Assembly: GCA_030019395.1 (NCBI GenBank) | Contig: JASEES010000002.1 | Location: 47,443-111,442, forward strand | DNA length: 64,000 nucleotides | Reading direction: 5' to 3' | Source of the DNA: Methanolinea sp. | GTDB taxonomy: Archaea; Halobacteriota; Methanomicrobia; Methanomicrobiales; Methanospirillaceae | Part shown: positions 55,580 to 64,000 of the stretch, in pieces | Layout of the letters: every line of letters begins with the position of its first letter | Numbering within the stretch: the stretch's first letter is position 1 | The notes under the pieces: generated by a model | What the model was told of the DNA's origin: nothing | The model's database searches: none | Seen by the model: the letters and a program-made list of their open reading frames with translations, nothing else | Program-made: the position numbers and the translations under genes

Positions 55580-57358
55580 ATGGCCCGGTGGGAGGTGAAA
55601 AGGACCTTTGGCGTGATGGGGAAAAATACCCTCCCGGTTGCCATAGTCCTCGTGCTCTGCCTCGTTGCAACCACCGGGCTGACCGCCGAACGCGGCCTCC
55701 ACATCCAGGACGGGATCTACCGGCTCGGGACGGACAACCCGGCGGTCGCCGGCATCCTCGGGGGAGATGCACGGTTCGTCGTCTCTTACGGGGATGCCCC
55801 CGCCCTCTTTTCGAACCGCGGGTCCCTCGACATCATCATCGCCGGCACCGACGTCTACGTCCATGACAGCGAGCGGGGGAGGTCTGCCCTCCGGACACTG
55901 CAGAGGGACTACCAGCATTACCTCGATTCCGTTTACAGTGCCCAGCAGGACCTTTTTGCGGCGTATCCTCTCTGGATTGATGTCCAGGAGATCAGGAGCG
56001 AACTCGATTTCTCGGCGACGCAGTCCGGCAGGCAGATATCGGCAGTGGCGACCCCGCGACAGCCCCCCGTCCCCGAAAAGCCGGTGGAACAGGTCCCGAC
56101 ACCCGAACCCGGCATCCCGATCCCGCCCGGGGAGATCCGGCAGGGTCTCCTGCAGTCGCGGGAACAGCCGGGCGAGATTGCCCGGTACTCGGATCTCCTC
56201 GGGTCGGAAAGCCCGTTCGGGTCCTTCCGGATACCCTCGCAGCTCTCCCCGCCGCTCCCCTTCGACTCGATCATCCTGGTCTTCCTCTTCATCTTCCCGC
56301 TCTACTTCTCCTCGCAGTTCTACATGATGAGCATCATGCAGGAACGGATCGAGCGGAGGGGGGAAGTCCTCCTCTCGAGCCCGGCAGGCGGCGCTGCCAT
56401 CGTGGTCGGAAAGGCCCTCCCCTACCTTGCGGGGATGCTTGCCATCTCGACGGGAATCGCGCTTTACATCCGGGCACCCCTCACGATCCTCCTGCCCCTC
56501 GTCCCCGTCATCCTCTTCTTCCTGGCAAGCGCCCTCGTGATAGGCATGGTTTCCCGGAGTTTCAAGGAGCTCTCGTTCATCTCCATCTTTTTCTCGACCG
56601 TCGCGACCTCGTACCTCTTCTTCCCCAGCATCTTTGCAAACGTCCACGTCATCAGCATCGTCTCCCCTCTCACCCTCATCGTCCTCTCCCTGCAGGGAGA
56701 TACCTACACGGTGACCCAGTACATCTATTCGACATCCCTGTTCTTCCTGACGAGCGTAATCCTCTTTTACGTCGGGATCGTGAATTTCCGTGAGGAACGG
56801 CTTTTTTCCCTCTCCGGCATCGTTGCCCGCATACGGGAATTCGTCTCGGCAGCCCTCTCCGCACGGCACCCGTACCTCTCGGTCTTCGCCGTGAGCGCAC
56901 TCCTCGTGCCCTTCGTCTTCATGGTGCAGATGCTCCTCCTCGTCCTCGTCTTCAACCTCCCGATGCCGCTCTCCCTCGTCATCCTCATCGTGACTGCAGC
57001 CTGCGTCGAGGAGGTTGCAAAATCGGTCGGCATTGCGACATTCATCCTCGAGGGAGGGTCCGGGGTATCGTGGACGTTCGTCGCACTCGGGTCCCTTGCG
57101 ACCGCTGCAGGGTTCCTCTTTGCCGAAAAGCTCCTCCTCTTCGTCACGCTGGCCCAGATCACCGAGAGCATCTTCGGGAGCATCCTCTTTCTCACGCTCG
57201 GGTCCCTTGCATACCCGTTCCTCCTCCACTTTGCCTGCGTGCTCGTCCTCTCGGTCTTTGTCAGGGTACTGGGCCGGAAGGGGTATCTCCCGGGCCTTGG
57301 CCTTGCAACCCTCATCCATTGCCTGTACAATGCCACGATCATCCTGGGGTGGATCTGA
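55580..57358 (+). CDS. Polytopic membrane protein: ABC-2/NatB-like permease region fused to a C-terminal CPBP (CAAX-protease-like) domain
   Basis: Start set at ATG 55580 (MARWEVKRTF). An N-terminal TM helix is followed by a large extracytoplasmic domain with a Pro-rich stretch and multiple TM helices. The C-terminus carries CPBP motifs VEEVAKS (EExxxR-like) and HCLYN (HxxxN). Confidence 0.7.
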   Translation: MARWEVKRTFGVMGKNTLPVAIVLVLCLVATTGLTAERGLHIQDGIYRLGTDNPAVAGILGGDARFVVSYGDAPALFSNRGSLDIIIAGTDVYVHDSERGRSALRTLQRDYQHYLDSVYSAQQDLFAAYPLWIDVQEIRSELDFSATQSGRQISAVATPRQPPVPEKPVEQVPTPEPGIPIPPGEIRQGLLQSREQPGEIARYSDLLGSESPFGSFRIPSQLSPPLPFDSIILVFLFIFPLYFSSQFYMMSIMQERIERRGEVLLSSPAGGAAIVVGKALPYLAGMLAISTGIALYIRAPLTILLPLVPVILFFLASALVIGMVSRSFKELSFISIFFSTVATSYLFFPSIFANVHVISIVSPLTLIVLSLQGDTYTVTQYIYSTSLFFLTSVILFYVGIVNFREERLFSLSGIVARIREFVSAALSARHPYLSVFAVSALLVPFVFMVQMLLLVLVFNLPMPLSLVILIVTAACVEEVAKSVGIATFILEGGSGVSWTFVALGSLATAAGFLFAEKLLLFVTLAQITESIFGSILFLTLGSLAYPFLLHFACVLVLSVFVRVLGRKGYLPGLGLATLIHCLYNATIILGWI

Positions 57359-58438
57359 ATGAAAACGAGGAATATCCTGCTCATCATGAAAAAGGACCTC
57401 GGAAGCCTTGCCCACGAGAGGACAATCCTGCTCGCGATCCTCCTCCAGCTCTTCGTAGCCCTCTTCTCATCGTTCCTCATGGTCGGGCTCACCTCGATGT
57501 ACGACCCGTCTGCCCTGGCACGGTTCGAGGGTGTCCGGTACCCTGTCGGGTACGTGGGGGAACAGGGCGATTTGACGAGGCTCCTCCGCGAGTCCCGGCA
57601 GTTCGTGGTCTACCCAATGGATCTTTCGACGGCAGTCGCCGCGCTGAAGGAACGCAAGCTCGCGGCGGTGCTGTACGTGCCTCCGACACCCCCCGATGCG
57701 GAAGAACCCGTCAAGATCACCCTCTATACGCTCCAGAACGACATCCAGTCCACGATCGTGAACGTGAAATTGAAAGAGGTCTTCCTCGCCTACGAGGAGG
57801 CCCTGCGCATGCTGCGGGCAGAACGCCTCGACGTGATACCTGAAAAGCTCGAGTTCCCGGATGCAGGGCCCGGTCCCGGATTCTACGAGTTCATCTACGG
57901 TCTGCTGATACCCCTCCTCCTCTTCATGCCGGCGATTGTCTCCGCAGCCCTCGTCATTGACCTCATCTGCGAAGAGTACCAGCACCACACCCTCGAGACC
58001 CTCCTCTCGACTCCCATGACGATGACCGAGGTCGTCTGGGGCAAAGTTGCCGCATGCCTCGTCCTCGTCCCGCTCCAGGCAGGAACGTGGCTTGCCCTCC
58101 TCTCTTTGAACAGGATAGCAATCGCAAACATCCCCCAGATCATCCTGCACGTCGTTTCGGTCTCTCTCGCTCTCATCCTCCTTGCGGCCATCGTCTCCCT
58201 CTTTTACAGGGAGAGAACGTCGGCCCAGTTCATCTTCTCGACGGGCGTCGTCGTCATCATGCTCGCGGCACTGTCCTTCCCGGGAAACCCGCTCAACACG
58301 ATTGCCCAGCTTGCCACCGGGACAGAGACGCCGTTGCAGCATGCTGTCCTCGGCCTGTCCGCCGGGGCATGCCTTGTCCTTGCCCTCGCGATGCAGGCGT
58401 TTGCACGCCGGGTGCCTGCACGGGGGCCGGGAGAGTAG
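57359..58438 (+). CDS. ABC-2 type transporter permease (NatB-like)
   Basis: 359 aa. N-terminal TM helix, an extracytoplasmic loop, then five C-terminal TM helices. The start directly follows the previous stop (TGAATG). Confidence 0.75.
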   Translation: MKTRNILLIMKKDLGSLAHERTILLAILLQLFVALFSSFLMVGLTSMYDPSALARFEGVRYPVGYVGEQGDLTRLLRESRQFVVYPMDLSTAVAALKERKLAAVLYVPPTPPDAEEPVKITLYTLQNDIQSTIVNVKLKEVFLAYEEALRMLRAERLDVIPEKLEFPDAGPGPGFYEFIYGLLIPLLLFMPAIVSAALVIDLICEEYQHHTLETLLSTPMTMTEVVWGKVAACLVLVPLQAGTWLALLSLNRIAIANIPQIILHVVSVSLALILLAAIVSLFYRERTSAQFIFSTGVVVIMLAALSFPGNPLNTIAQLATGTETPLQHAVLGLSAGACLVLALAMQAFARRVPARGPGE

Positions 58439-58580
58439 GAGCCGGCCCCCGGAAGGCGGTGCATCGGTCCCGGGGACCCACAAAATCCCCTCTTTTCATG
58501 ACTCCCCGGATTCCGGGAAAAAATCCGATAAATTGAAGTTACACCCGTCGATTATTACCTAATCTCTAGGAGCTGGACTG

Positions 58581-59219
58581 ATGTTGTGTCCCAAGTGCGG
58601 GCGGGAGACCGAGTCCGATGGAAGATTCTGCCAGTGGTGCGGCGGGGACCTGAGAGTCGCACCCCCGCGGGCTGTCCTCCGGAAGCGGGTGGGAGAGATC
58701 ACCACAGCGAAATATGCTAGTCTCCCGAGGAGAATCGGTGCAGGTTTTCTCGATATCGTCTTTTTACTTTTCCTCGATATCCTTGTCGCGGGCCTGGTCA
58801 CAATCCTTTCATGGATTGCCCAGAAGCCAAGCCCGCTCTCGGAAGCAATCGTCATGCTCTACCAGTACTACCTCCACCTGCCCCGGACCGATGCGTACGG
58901 GAACGTGGTCCGTGCGCTCGTTCCCACGCAGGTGATCATCTTTTTCGGACTCTTCCTCCTCGTCGTCCCGTGGCTGTACTTTGCCTACCTCGAGAGCTCT
59001 TCGAACCAGGCGACGCTGGGCAAGATGGTGATGCGCATCGCTGTCACGGACATGCGGGGGAACCGGATCACGTTTGCCCGGGCAAGCCTCCGGTTCCTGT
59101 GCATCTTCCTCTCCGTCCTGACGATCTTCGTCGGGTTCCTCATCCCTGCGTTCACGCGGTATAAGCAGGGCCTGCACGATATCATTGCAGGAACCCTGAT
59201 GTTCCTCCAGGAATACTGA
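58581..59219 (+). CDS. Zinc-ribbon + RDD-domain membrane protein
   Basis: 212 aa. MLCPKCGRE....FCQWCG zinc ribbon, then an RDD-family signature (RRIGAGFLDIV...R...D). Confidence 0.85.
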   Translation: MLCPKCGRETESDGRFCQWCGGDLRVAPPRAVLRKRVGEITTAKYASLPRRIGAGFLDIVFLLFLDILVAGLVTILSWIAQKPSPLSEAIVMLYQYYLHLPRTDAYGNVVRALVPTQVIIFFGLFLLVVPWLYFAYLESSSNQATLGKMVMRIAVTDMRGNRITFARASLRFLCIFLSVLTIFVGFLIPAFTRYKQGLHDIIAGTLMFLQEY

Positions 59220-59410
59220 AAACTCGTTTTTTCCATTCCGCCACGACGTGAGGAGAACAGGAAGGGAGATACGGGGCCCTGCCATATCCCAAAAAAACCG
59301 CCCCCGGAGAGAATCGCACTTTTTTCAAAAGGGATTTTGCCGGGTCAGGAAAAAGGCTGTTTCTCCCCCGGTAACCCGGACGATACAGCGGAGTGGAAGG
59401 AAAAAGGTAT

Positions 59411-59608
59411 TTACTCGTCGTACCGCCCTTTCAGGCCGGCCCATCCCGTGAAACCGCAGTAGATGCAGCCATCCCCGTCGCAGTGCCTGCACCGGCGGGC
59501 AGGTGCCAGGACGAGGACATAGCCGGTCTTTTCGCAGTAGATGCAGCCTGCCCCCTCGCAGTGGGTGCAGAGAACCCTCTCGTATTTCGATGTCGTTTTT
59601 TCCGTCAT
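59411..59608 (-). CDS. 65-aa double CxxCxGxGCxxC (DnaJ-type zinc-finger-like) mini-protein
   Basis: Start at ATG 59608: MTEKTTSKYERVLCTHCEGAGCIYCEKTGYVLVLAPARRCRHCDGDGCIYCGFTGWAGLKGRYDE. It has two near-identical Cys4 units and lies 34 nt downstream of ilvD on the same strand. Confidence 0.6.
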   Translation of the reverse strand: MTEKTTSKYERVLCTHCEGAGCIYCEKTGYVLVLAPARRCRHCDGDGCIYCGFTGWAGLKGRYDE

Positions 59609-59642
59609 CCGGGTCACTCCGTTCTTTTTGCCTCCCCGGAAG

Positions 59643-61304
59643 TTACTTTTCCTTCCGGAGCACGGCACCCCTGTCTGCCTGCCCGACCATCTCCGCGTAC
59701 CGTGCGAGCACACCCCGGAGGGTTTTTTGCGGTGGCTTCCATTCTTCCCTGCGCCGTTCCAGTTCTTTTGGGTCAACGAGGAGATCCAGCGTCCGGGCAT
59801 GGAGGTCGATTGCGATCCGGTCACCCTCCCTGACGAGGCCTATCGGTCCCCCGACAGCGGCTTCCGGTGTCACGTGCCCGATGCAGGGCCCCCGTGTCCC
59901 ACCCGAGAAGCGGCCGTCCGTGACGAGCGCAACGGACCTGTACCCGAGCCCGACGATGGCAGATGTGGGGGAGAGCATCTCCGGCATCCCGGGCGCTCCT
60001 GCCGGGCCCTCGTTGCGGATGACGATGACGTCCCCCTCCCTGATCTGGCGGGAAAGGATTGCCTTCATCGCGGCGTCTTCCCCGTCGAAGACGCGGGCAG
60101 GGCCGGTATGCGTCCACATCTCCTTTGCGACCGCTGCAGACTTGATCACCGCGCCGCCGGGAGCAAGGCTCCCGAAGAGGATGCGGAGGCCACCCGCCGG
60201 GTTGACAGGGTCTTTGACCGGCCGGATGATCCCTCCCTTCCACGGGCGTGCCTCCCGGGCGATCTCGAGGATGCTCCTGCCCGAGACCGTCGGTGCATCC
60301 TCCAGGTAACCGGCAAGCTCGTGCAGCACGGCCGGAATCCCGCCCGACCGGTACAGGTCGAGCATCGAGTGGGGTCCCGAGGGCTGCATGTTGCAGATGT
60401 GCGGGACCTCTTCCCCGATCTTCCGGAACGACTCGAGCGAGAGATCGACATCTGCTTCGGACGCGATCGCCATGAGGTGGAGCACGGTGTTCGTGGAACC
60501 CCCGAGTGCCATGTCGACCCGGATAGCGTTCTGGAGGCTCTCCCTCGTGATGATGGTGCGCGGCAGTCTGCCTTCGCGGACGAGCCCGACTGCCCGCTCC
60601 CCCGACATGCGTGCAATCCGGAGTTTTGCCGCGTCGACCGCGGGCGCTGCTGCGCATCCCGGGAGGGACATCCCCATCGCCTCCGTCATGCATGCCATCG
60701 TGTTCGCGGTGTAGAGTCCCTGGCAACTCCCGCATCCCGGCATTGCCGCACATTCGAGAGCGTGGAGATCGTCCGCGGACATCGTCCCGGCGGCGACCCT
60801 TCCCACGCCCTCGAAGACATCGATGAGGGAGAGGTTGCGCCCCTCGAGGAACCCGGGGAGCATGGGGCCGCCTGTCACGGCGATTGCAGGCACGTTGCAC
60901 CGTGCCGCAGCCATCAGCATGCCGGGCACGATCTTGTCGCACGTCCCGAGCAGGACGATCCCGTCGAGGGCATGGGACTCGACCATCAGTTCGATGGAAT
61001 CGGCGATGTTCTCGCGCGACGGGAGGGAATACCGCATCCCCTCGTGGCCCATCGCGATCCCGTCGCAGATCCCTATCACCCCGAACTCGAACGGCACACC
61101 CCCGGCAGCGGTGATGCCTTCCCTCACCTTCGTGGCGAGCATCCGCAGGTGCACGTGTCCCGGGACGATGTCGTTCCAGGCATTTGCAATCCCGATGAAC
61201 GGGAGATCCATCTCGCGGTCTGTCACGCCGAGGGACCGGAGGAGCGACCTGTTGGGCGCCCTCTGGTACCCTTCCTTCACTTTCCTGCTCCGCATCATGG
61301 GCAA
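59643..61304 (-). CDS. ilvD: Dihydroxy-acid dehydratase
   Basis: 553 aa. [28 protein letters not shown] and GGSTN motifs. Confidence 0.97.
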   Translation of the reverse strand: MPMMRSRKVKEGYQRAPNRSLLRSLGVTDREMDLPFIGIANAWNDIVPGHVHLRMLATKVREGITAAGGVPFEFGVIGICDGIAMGHEGMRYSLPSRENIADSIELMVESHALDGIVLLGTCDKIVPGMLMAAARCNVPAIAVTGGPMLPGFLEGRNLSLIDVFEGVGRVAAGTMSADDLHALECAAMPGCGSCQGLYTANTMACMTEAMGMSLPGCAAAPAVDAAKLRIARMSGERAVGLVREGRLPRTIITRESLQNAIRVDMALGGSTNTVLHLMAIASEADVDLSLESFRKIGEEVPHICNMQPSGPHSMLDLYRSGGIPAVLHELAGYLEDAPTVSGRSILEIAREARPWKGGIIRPVKDPVNPAGGLRILFGSLAPGGAVIKSAAVAKEMWTHTGPARVFDGEDAAMKAILSRQIREGDVIVIRNEGPAGAPGMPEMLSPTSAIVGLGYRSVALVTDGRFSGGTRGPCIGHVTPEAAVGGPIGLVREGDRIAIDLHARTLDLLVDPKELERRREEWKPPQKTLRGVLARYAEMVGQADRGAVLRKEK

Positions 61305-61456
61305 CCGCCTGTCTTCTCTGCGATAGAGCTCTTCTTTGGAAAGGTATAATGGATTCCCCGATTCCCCCCGGGCCTGGCGACGTCACCGGCAGGACGGTGG
61401 AAAAATGCGGGGGTGATACCGCCCTTTCCCGGAATGGCCCGGGCAGCCCCTTTTTT

Positions 61457-62839
61457 TCAGGCCCGCTGCCAGTCCCGTGCTGCCCGGACGAAGGATCCGG
61501 CAAAGGCAGGGGAAAAGGAGGAGTGGGCGTACGTCCCGACCGACCCGTGCTCGAACAGGCCGTCCATGCCGCCCGAAATCCCCCTGCCCCGGGAGAGCCG
61601 GAGTGCAAACCGGGCGTCAGACCCGCAGGAGACGGCCGAGTAGTGGAACTCGTGGCCCCGGAGGGGAGAGCCGGAGGGAGCAAGCGGGGGACCCCCCGAC
61701 CACATGCCGCTGACGTAGTCGAGGGCCTGGAGTTTTCCCGTCATCTCTGCCGTGGCAGGGAGGATACCTGCCATCGGAAATGTCCGCTCCACCCCGAGGG
61801 ACTCGCAGAGGTACAGGAGGCCCCCGCACTCGCCGAGCACCGGCATCCCGTCGGACGCGGCCTTCCGGAGTGCCGCGGTGCATGCTGCCCGGGAGAGGGC
61901 TTCCGCGTGGAGTTCCGGGTAGCCGCCGCCGAGATACACGGCATCGACCGGCGGCAGCGGATCGTTCAAGGGCGAGAAGAAGACGAGGTCAGCACCGGCT
62001 GCCCGGAGGAGGTCGAGGTTCTCCTGGTAGTAAAAGCAGAACGCGGGGTCCATCGCGACCCCTATCCTCACGGAGGGGGGAGGAAAGTGCCGTTCCACCG
62101 GTCCGGCGATCGGGATCGGAGGTGCATCCCCCGCGACGCGGACGATCCCCCCGATATCGCAGTGTTCTTCGATGATCCGCCCCCATGTCCCGTCGGACCC
62201 GGTCTCGTGGGCCATCCAAAGTCCCAGGTGGCGGCTCTCCACCCGGAGCCCGGGGTGCCGCGGGATGTATCCAAGGGAGGTGACCTGCAGCCCGGAGGAG
62301 ATGATGGTCCTGTGGCGGTCGCTGCCGACCCTGTTGAAGATGACCCCGGCGACCCGGACCGCCGGGTCGAACGTCGCGTAGCCGAGCAGCAGGGCATGAA
62401 CGCTCCGGGACATCCCGTGGACATCGGCAACGAGGATGCAGGGCGAGGAGAGGATGCGCGAGACGTGGGCGGTGCTGGCACAGTCCGTGCCGTCGAGGCC
62501 GTCGAACATGCCCATCACGCCCTCGATGACGGCAATGTCAGCGCCCCTGCAGGCACGGGCAAAAGTCTCCCTGACCCCGTCTTCGCCCATCATGAAGGGG
62601 TCGAGGTTGCGCGAGACCCTCCCGCAGACAGCCGAATGGTGCGTGGGGTCGATGAAATCGGGGCCGACCTTGAAGGGCTGGACCGTGTATCCCCGGGCAA
62701 CGAGGGCTTCCATGATCCCCCGCGCAACCGTCGTCTTCCCGCACCCGCTGTGCGTCCCTGCGATCACGACCCGCGGGATGGTGACCCGGACGCCTCCCGG
62801 CCCGCCCCCTCCATCCGGAGGACCGCTCCGTGCCGTCAC
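61457..62839 (-). CDS. Cobyrinate or Ni-sirohydrochlorin a,c-diamide synthase (CbiA/CfbB family)
   Basis: AGTHSGCGKTTV P-loop, VQPFKVGPDFIDP, and a C-terminal GATase region (GECGGLLYL). Preferred start is GTG 62839, which forms a GTGA overlap with the polB stop. The track start at 62896 (also GTG) would overlap polB by 61 nt. Confidence 0.85.
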   Translation of the reverse strand: MTARSGPPDGGGGPGGVRVTIPRVVIAGTHSGCGKTTVARGIMEALVARGYTVQPFKVGPDFIDPTHHSAVCGRVSRNLDPFMMGEDGVRETFARACRGADIAVIEGVMGMFDGLDGTDCASTAHVSRILSSPCILVADVHGMSRSVHALLLGYATFDPAVRVAGVIFNRVGSDRHRTIISSGLQVTSLGYIPRHPGLRVESRHLGLWMAHETGSDGTWGRIIEEHCDIGGIVRVAGDAPPIPIAGPVERHFPPPSVRIGVAMDPAFCFYYQENLDLLRAAGADLVFFSPLNDPLPPVDAVYLGGGYPELHAEALSRAACTAALRKAASDGMPVLGECGGLLYLCESLGVERTFPMAGILPATAEMTGKLQALDYVSGMWSGGPPLAPSGSPLRGHEFHYSAVSCGSDARFALRLSRGRGISGGMDGLFEHGSVGTYAHSSFSPAFAGSFVRAARDWQRA

Positions 62840-64000
62840 CCGATCCCCCACTGGGCAAGGGTCGTCCGCGAGGGGTCGATATCGCTCCATGACCACCCCA
62901 GTGCCTCGATGATCCGCGAAATGGGCTGCTTAATGGTCTTTTCCATCATCACTTCCCAGTCGACCTGGAACTCGGGCGGGACCTGGTCGCCGTACTCGAA
63001 GCAGAGCACATCGGTCTTGGGATACTTCCCCGTCACGTTCCTGATGTACACGCGTTTGGGCTTGCTCCCGCGGGAAAAGTCCATTCCGAGGTAATCGTTT
63101 GCGTATCTGGCTCCCCGGACATGGGCGTCATCGTTCTGGTACTCCCCCAGTTCCTTGCCTATCCCGCCGGGGATGCCTATCTCGTCGAGCGGGAACTTCC
63201 CCGCCCGGAAATCCCTGATGACCTCTCCCAGGTACTTCCGGACGGCATCGTACCCTTCGCCCCTGAGGATGAGCTCGATGACCCGTGCCTGGACGGTCTT
63301 CGTGATCTGGGGGTAGTCGCTCCGGCGGATCTCGAACCCCACGATATCGATGCCGTCGACGATCGACCCTTCCTTCCATACGAGGTGCCCGGCATACCGC
63401 TTCTTCCTGCCCGCCTGGAAGAACCTGCGGTAGACCTTTTCGAACTTGATGGAAAAATAGTGGACATCGGCGTTCAGTTCCCTTTTTGCAAACTCGCCGT
63501 AACTGGCGTTCAGGACAGCCTCGATCCTTCTCGATTCCGCGATGGTCGCCGGGAGGTCGAGGCCCGGGAGTTCCACCATGCACGAGTCCGTATCACCGTA
63601 GATGACGCGGTAACCGAGACCCTCGATCACCCTGCGCGTGTGCTCGATGATTGCCCTCCCGACGGAGGTCACGGCAGCCCCGATCTCCCTGTCGTAGAGC
63701 CGGAACCGCGCGTACCCGCTCACCCCGTAGTACGTGTTCATGATGACCTTGATGACGTTCTGCTGCATGTCGTACACGGTGTACTCGGGTGACCCGATGG
63801 GGTACCTGTTCCGCATGGCCTTCTTTTCGTCCCTCTCGGCGAGGAGATCGCGGATGATGCTCCGTGTCAGCCCGTCCGGCTCTTTCCTGAACCGCACACC
63901 GTTTGGTGCCCTCAGTTCTCCCCTCGGATCCTTGGTCTCGGGAGACGCGTTGATGGTCATCATGGCCATGGGGTAGAGCGACTTGAGGTCGAGGACGACG
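62836..64000 (-). CDS. polB: Family-B DNA polymerase, canonical, C-terminal part (5' end lies beyond the window)
   Basis: The reading frame stays open to the window edge, where it reads VVLDLKSLYPMAMM (motif A). Motif B is KVIMNTYYGVSGY and motif C is VIYGDTDS. Confidence 0.9.
   Translation of the reverse strand, partial: VVLDLKSLYPMAMMTINASPETKDPRGELRAPNGVRFRKEPDGLTRSIIRDLLAERDEKKAMRNRYPIGSPEYTVYDMQQNVIKVIMNTYYGVSGYARFRLYDREIGAAVTSVGRAIIEHTRRVIEGLGYRVIYGDTDSCMVELPGLDLPATIAESRRIEAVLNASYGEFAKRELNADVHYFSIKFEKVYRRFFQAGRKKRYAGHLVWKEGSIVDGIDIVGFEIRRSDYPQITKTVQARVIELILRGEGYDAVRKYLGEVIRDFRAGKFPLDEIGIPGGIGKELGEYQNDDAHVRGARYANDYLGMDFSRGSKPKRVYIRNVTGKYPKTDVLCFEYGDQVPPEFQVDWEVMMEKTIKQPISRIIEALGWSWSDIDPSRTTLAQWGIG

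Noticed and set aside
55394-57415. 673-aa minus-strand ORF with extreme Asp/Glu/Arg/Gly content (DEDDEGERHREVEDEDEEEH...)
   Set aside because: It is the antisense translation of a Leu/Phe/Ile/Val-rich membrane protein gene. The acidic low-complexity sequence is the mirror image of TM-helix codons, not a real acidic protein.
54098-59300. Integrated mobile element or genomic island at tRNA-Lys (tRNA followed by accessory-looking ABC/CPBP/RDD genes)
   Set aside because: I could not find an integrase, a direct repeat of the tRNA 3' end, or an obvious compositional break. The genes look like ordinary chromosomal membrane-transport genes.
59541-61683. 602-aa plus-strand and 620-aa minus-strand ORFs overlapping ilvD
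   Set aside because: They are off-frame or antisense shadows of ilvD. Their composition is dominated by R, P, G, D and H, and they have no recognisable motifs.
61349-63094. 581-aa plus-strand ORF
   Set aside because: It is antisense to the CbiA/CfbB-family gene and the polB 3' end, and has shadow-frame composition.
1-64000. CRISPR arrays, IS elements or transposases, toxin-antitoxin pairs, restriction-modification or other recognisable defence systems, rRNA genes
   Set aside because: I scanned both strands and all track ORFs. I found no periodic repeat-spacer structure, no transposase/integrase/Cas-like translations, and no rRNA-like conserved segments.

Overview
This window looks like a high-GC euryarchaeal chromosome segment from a methanogen, probably Methanomicrobiales-like. 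That call rests on an archaeal histone, methanogenesis marker proteins 2 and 4, MptE, archaemetzincin, and the archaeal r-protein and SecE/Spt5/FtsZ cluster. It is densely packed with about 65 genes, many joined by 1-14 nt overlaps, which suggests translational coupling.

Main blocks:
- 1-5.9 kb: conserved information-processing cluster (ftsY, srp54, trmY, pus10, rpl21e, rpoF, DUF655, ksgA, hemK-like).
- 7-9.8 kb: an ECF transporter.
- 13.2-16 kb: an uncharacterised three-gene cassette ending in a motif-degenerate family-B DNA polymerase.
- 29.9-35.5 kb: dtdA-ftsZ-secE-spt5-uL11-uL1-uL10-P1 cluster.
- 35.7-39.1 kb: a more AT-rich surface-protein island.
- 39.4-42.6 kb: tandem moeA genes.
- Remainder: ileS, thg1, an M50 protease, a DHH/MptE/radical-SAM operon, tRNA-Lys(CTT), an ABC-2/CPBP exporter module, ilvD, a cobyrinate/Ni-sirohydrochlorin a,c-diamide synthase, and the 3' part of a canonical PolB that runs off the window end.

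I saw no CRISPR array, transposase, integrase or rRNA.

The most interesting candidate is the cassette at 13234-16028. It encodes a degenerate RecA/KaiC-like protein, an 80-aa helical protein and an apparently catalytically crippled PolB, an arrangement reminiscent of bacterial ImuA-ImuB-DnaE2 mutasome logic.

Many long ORFs in the supplied track are antisense or off-frame shadows typical of high-GC DNA, and I rejected them.

All functional calls come from reading the translations for family-diagnostic motifs. No database search was possible.
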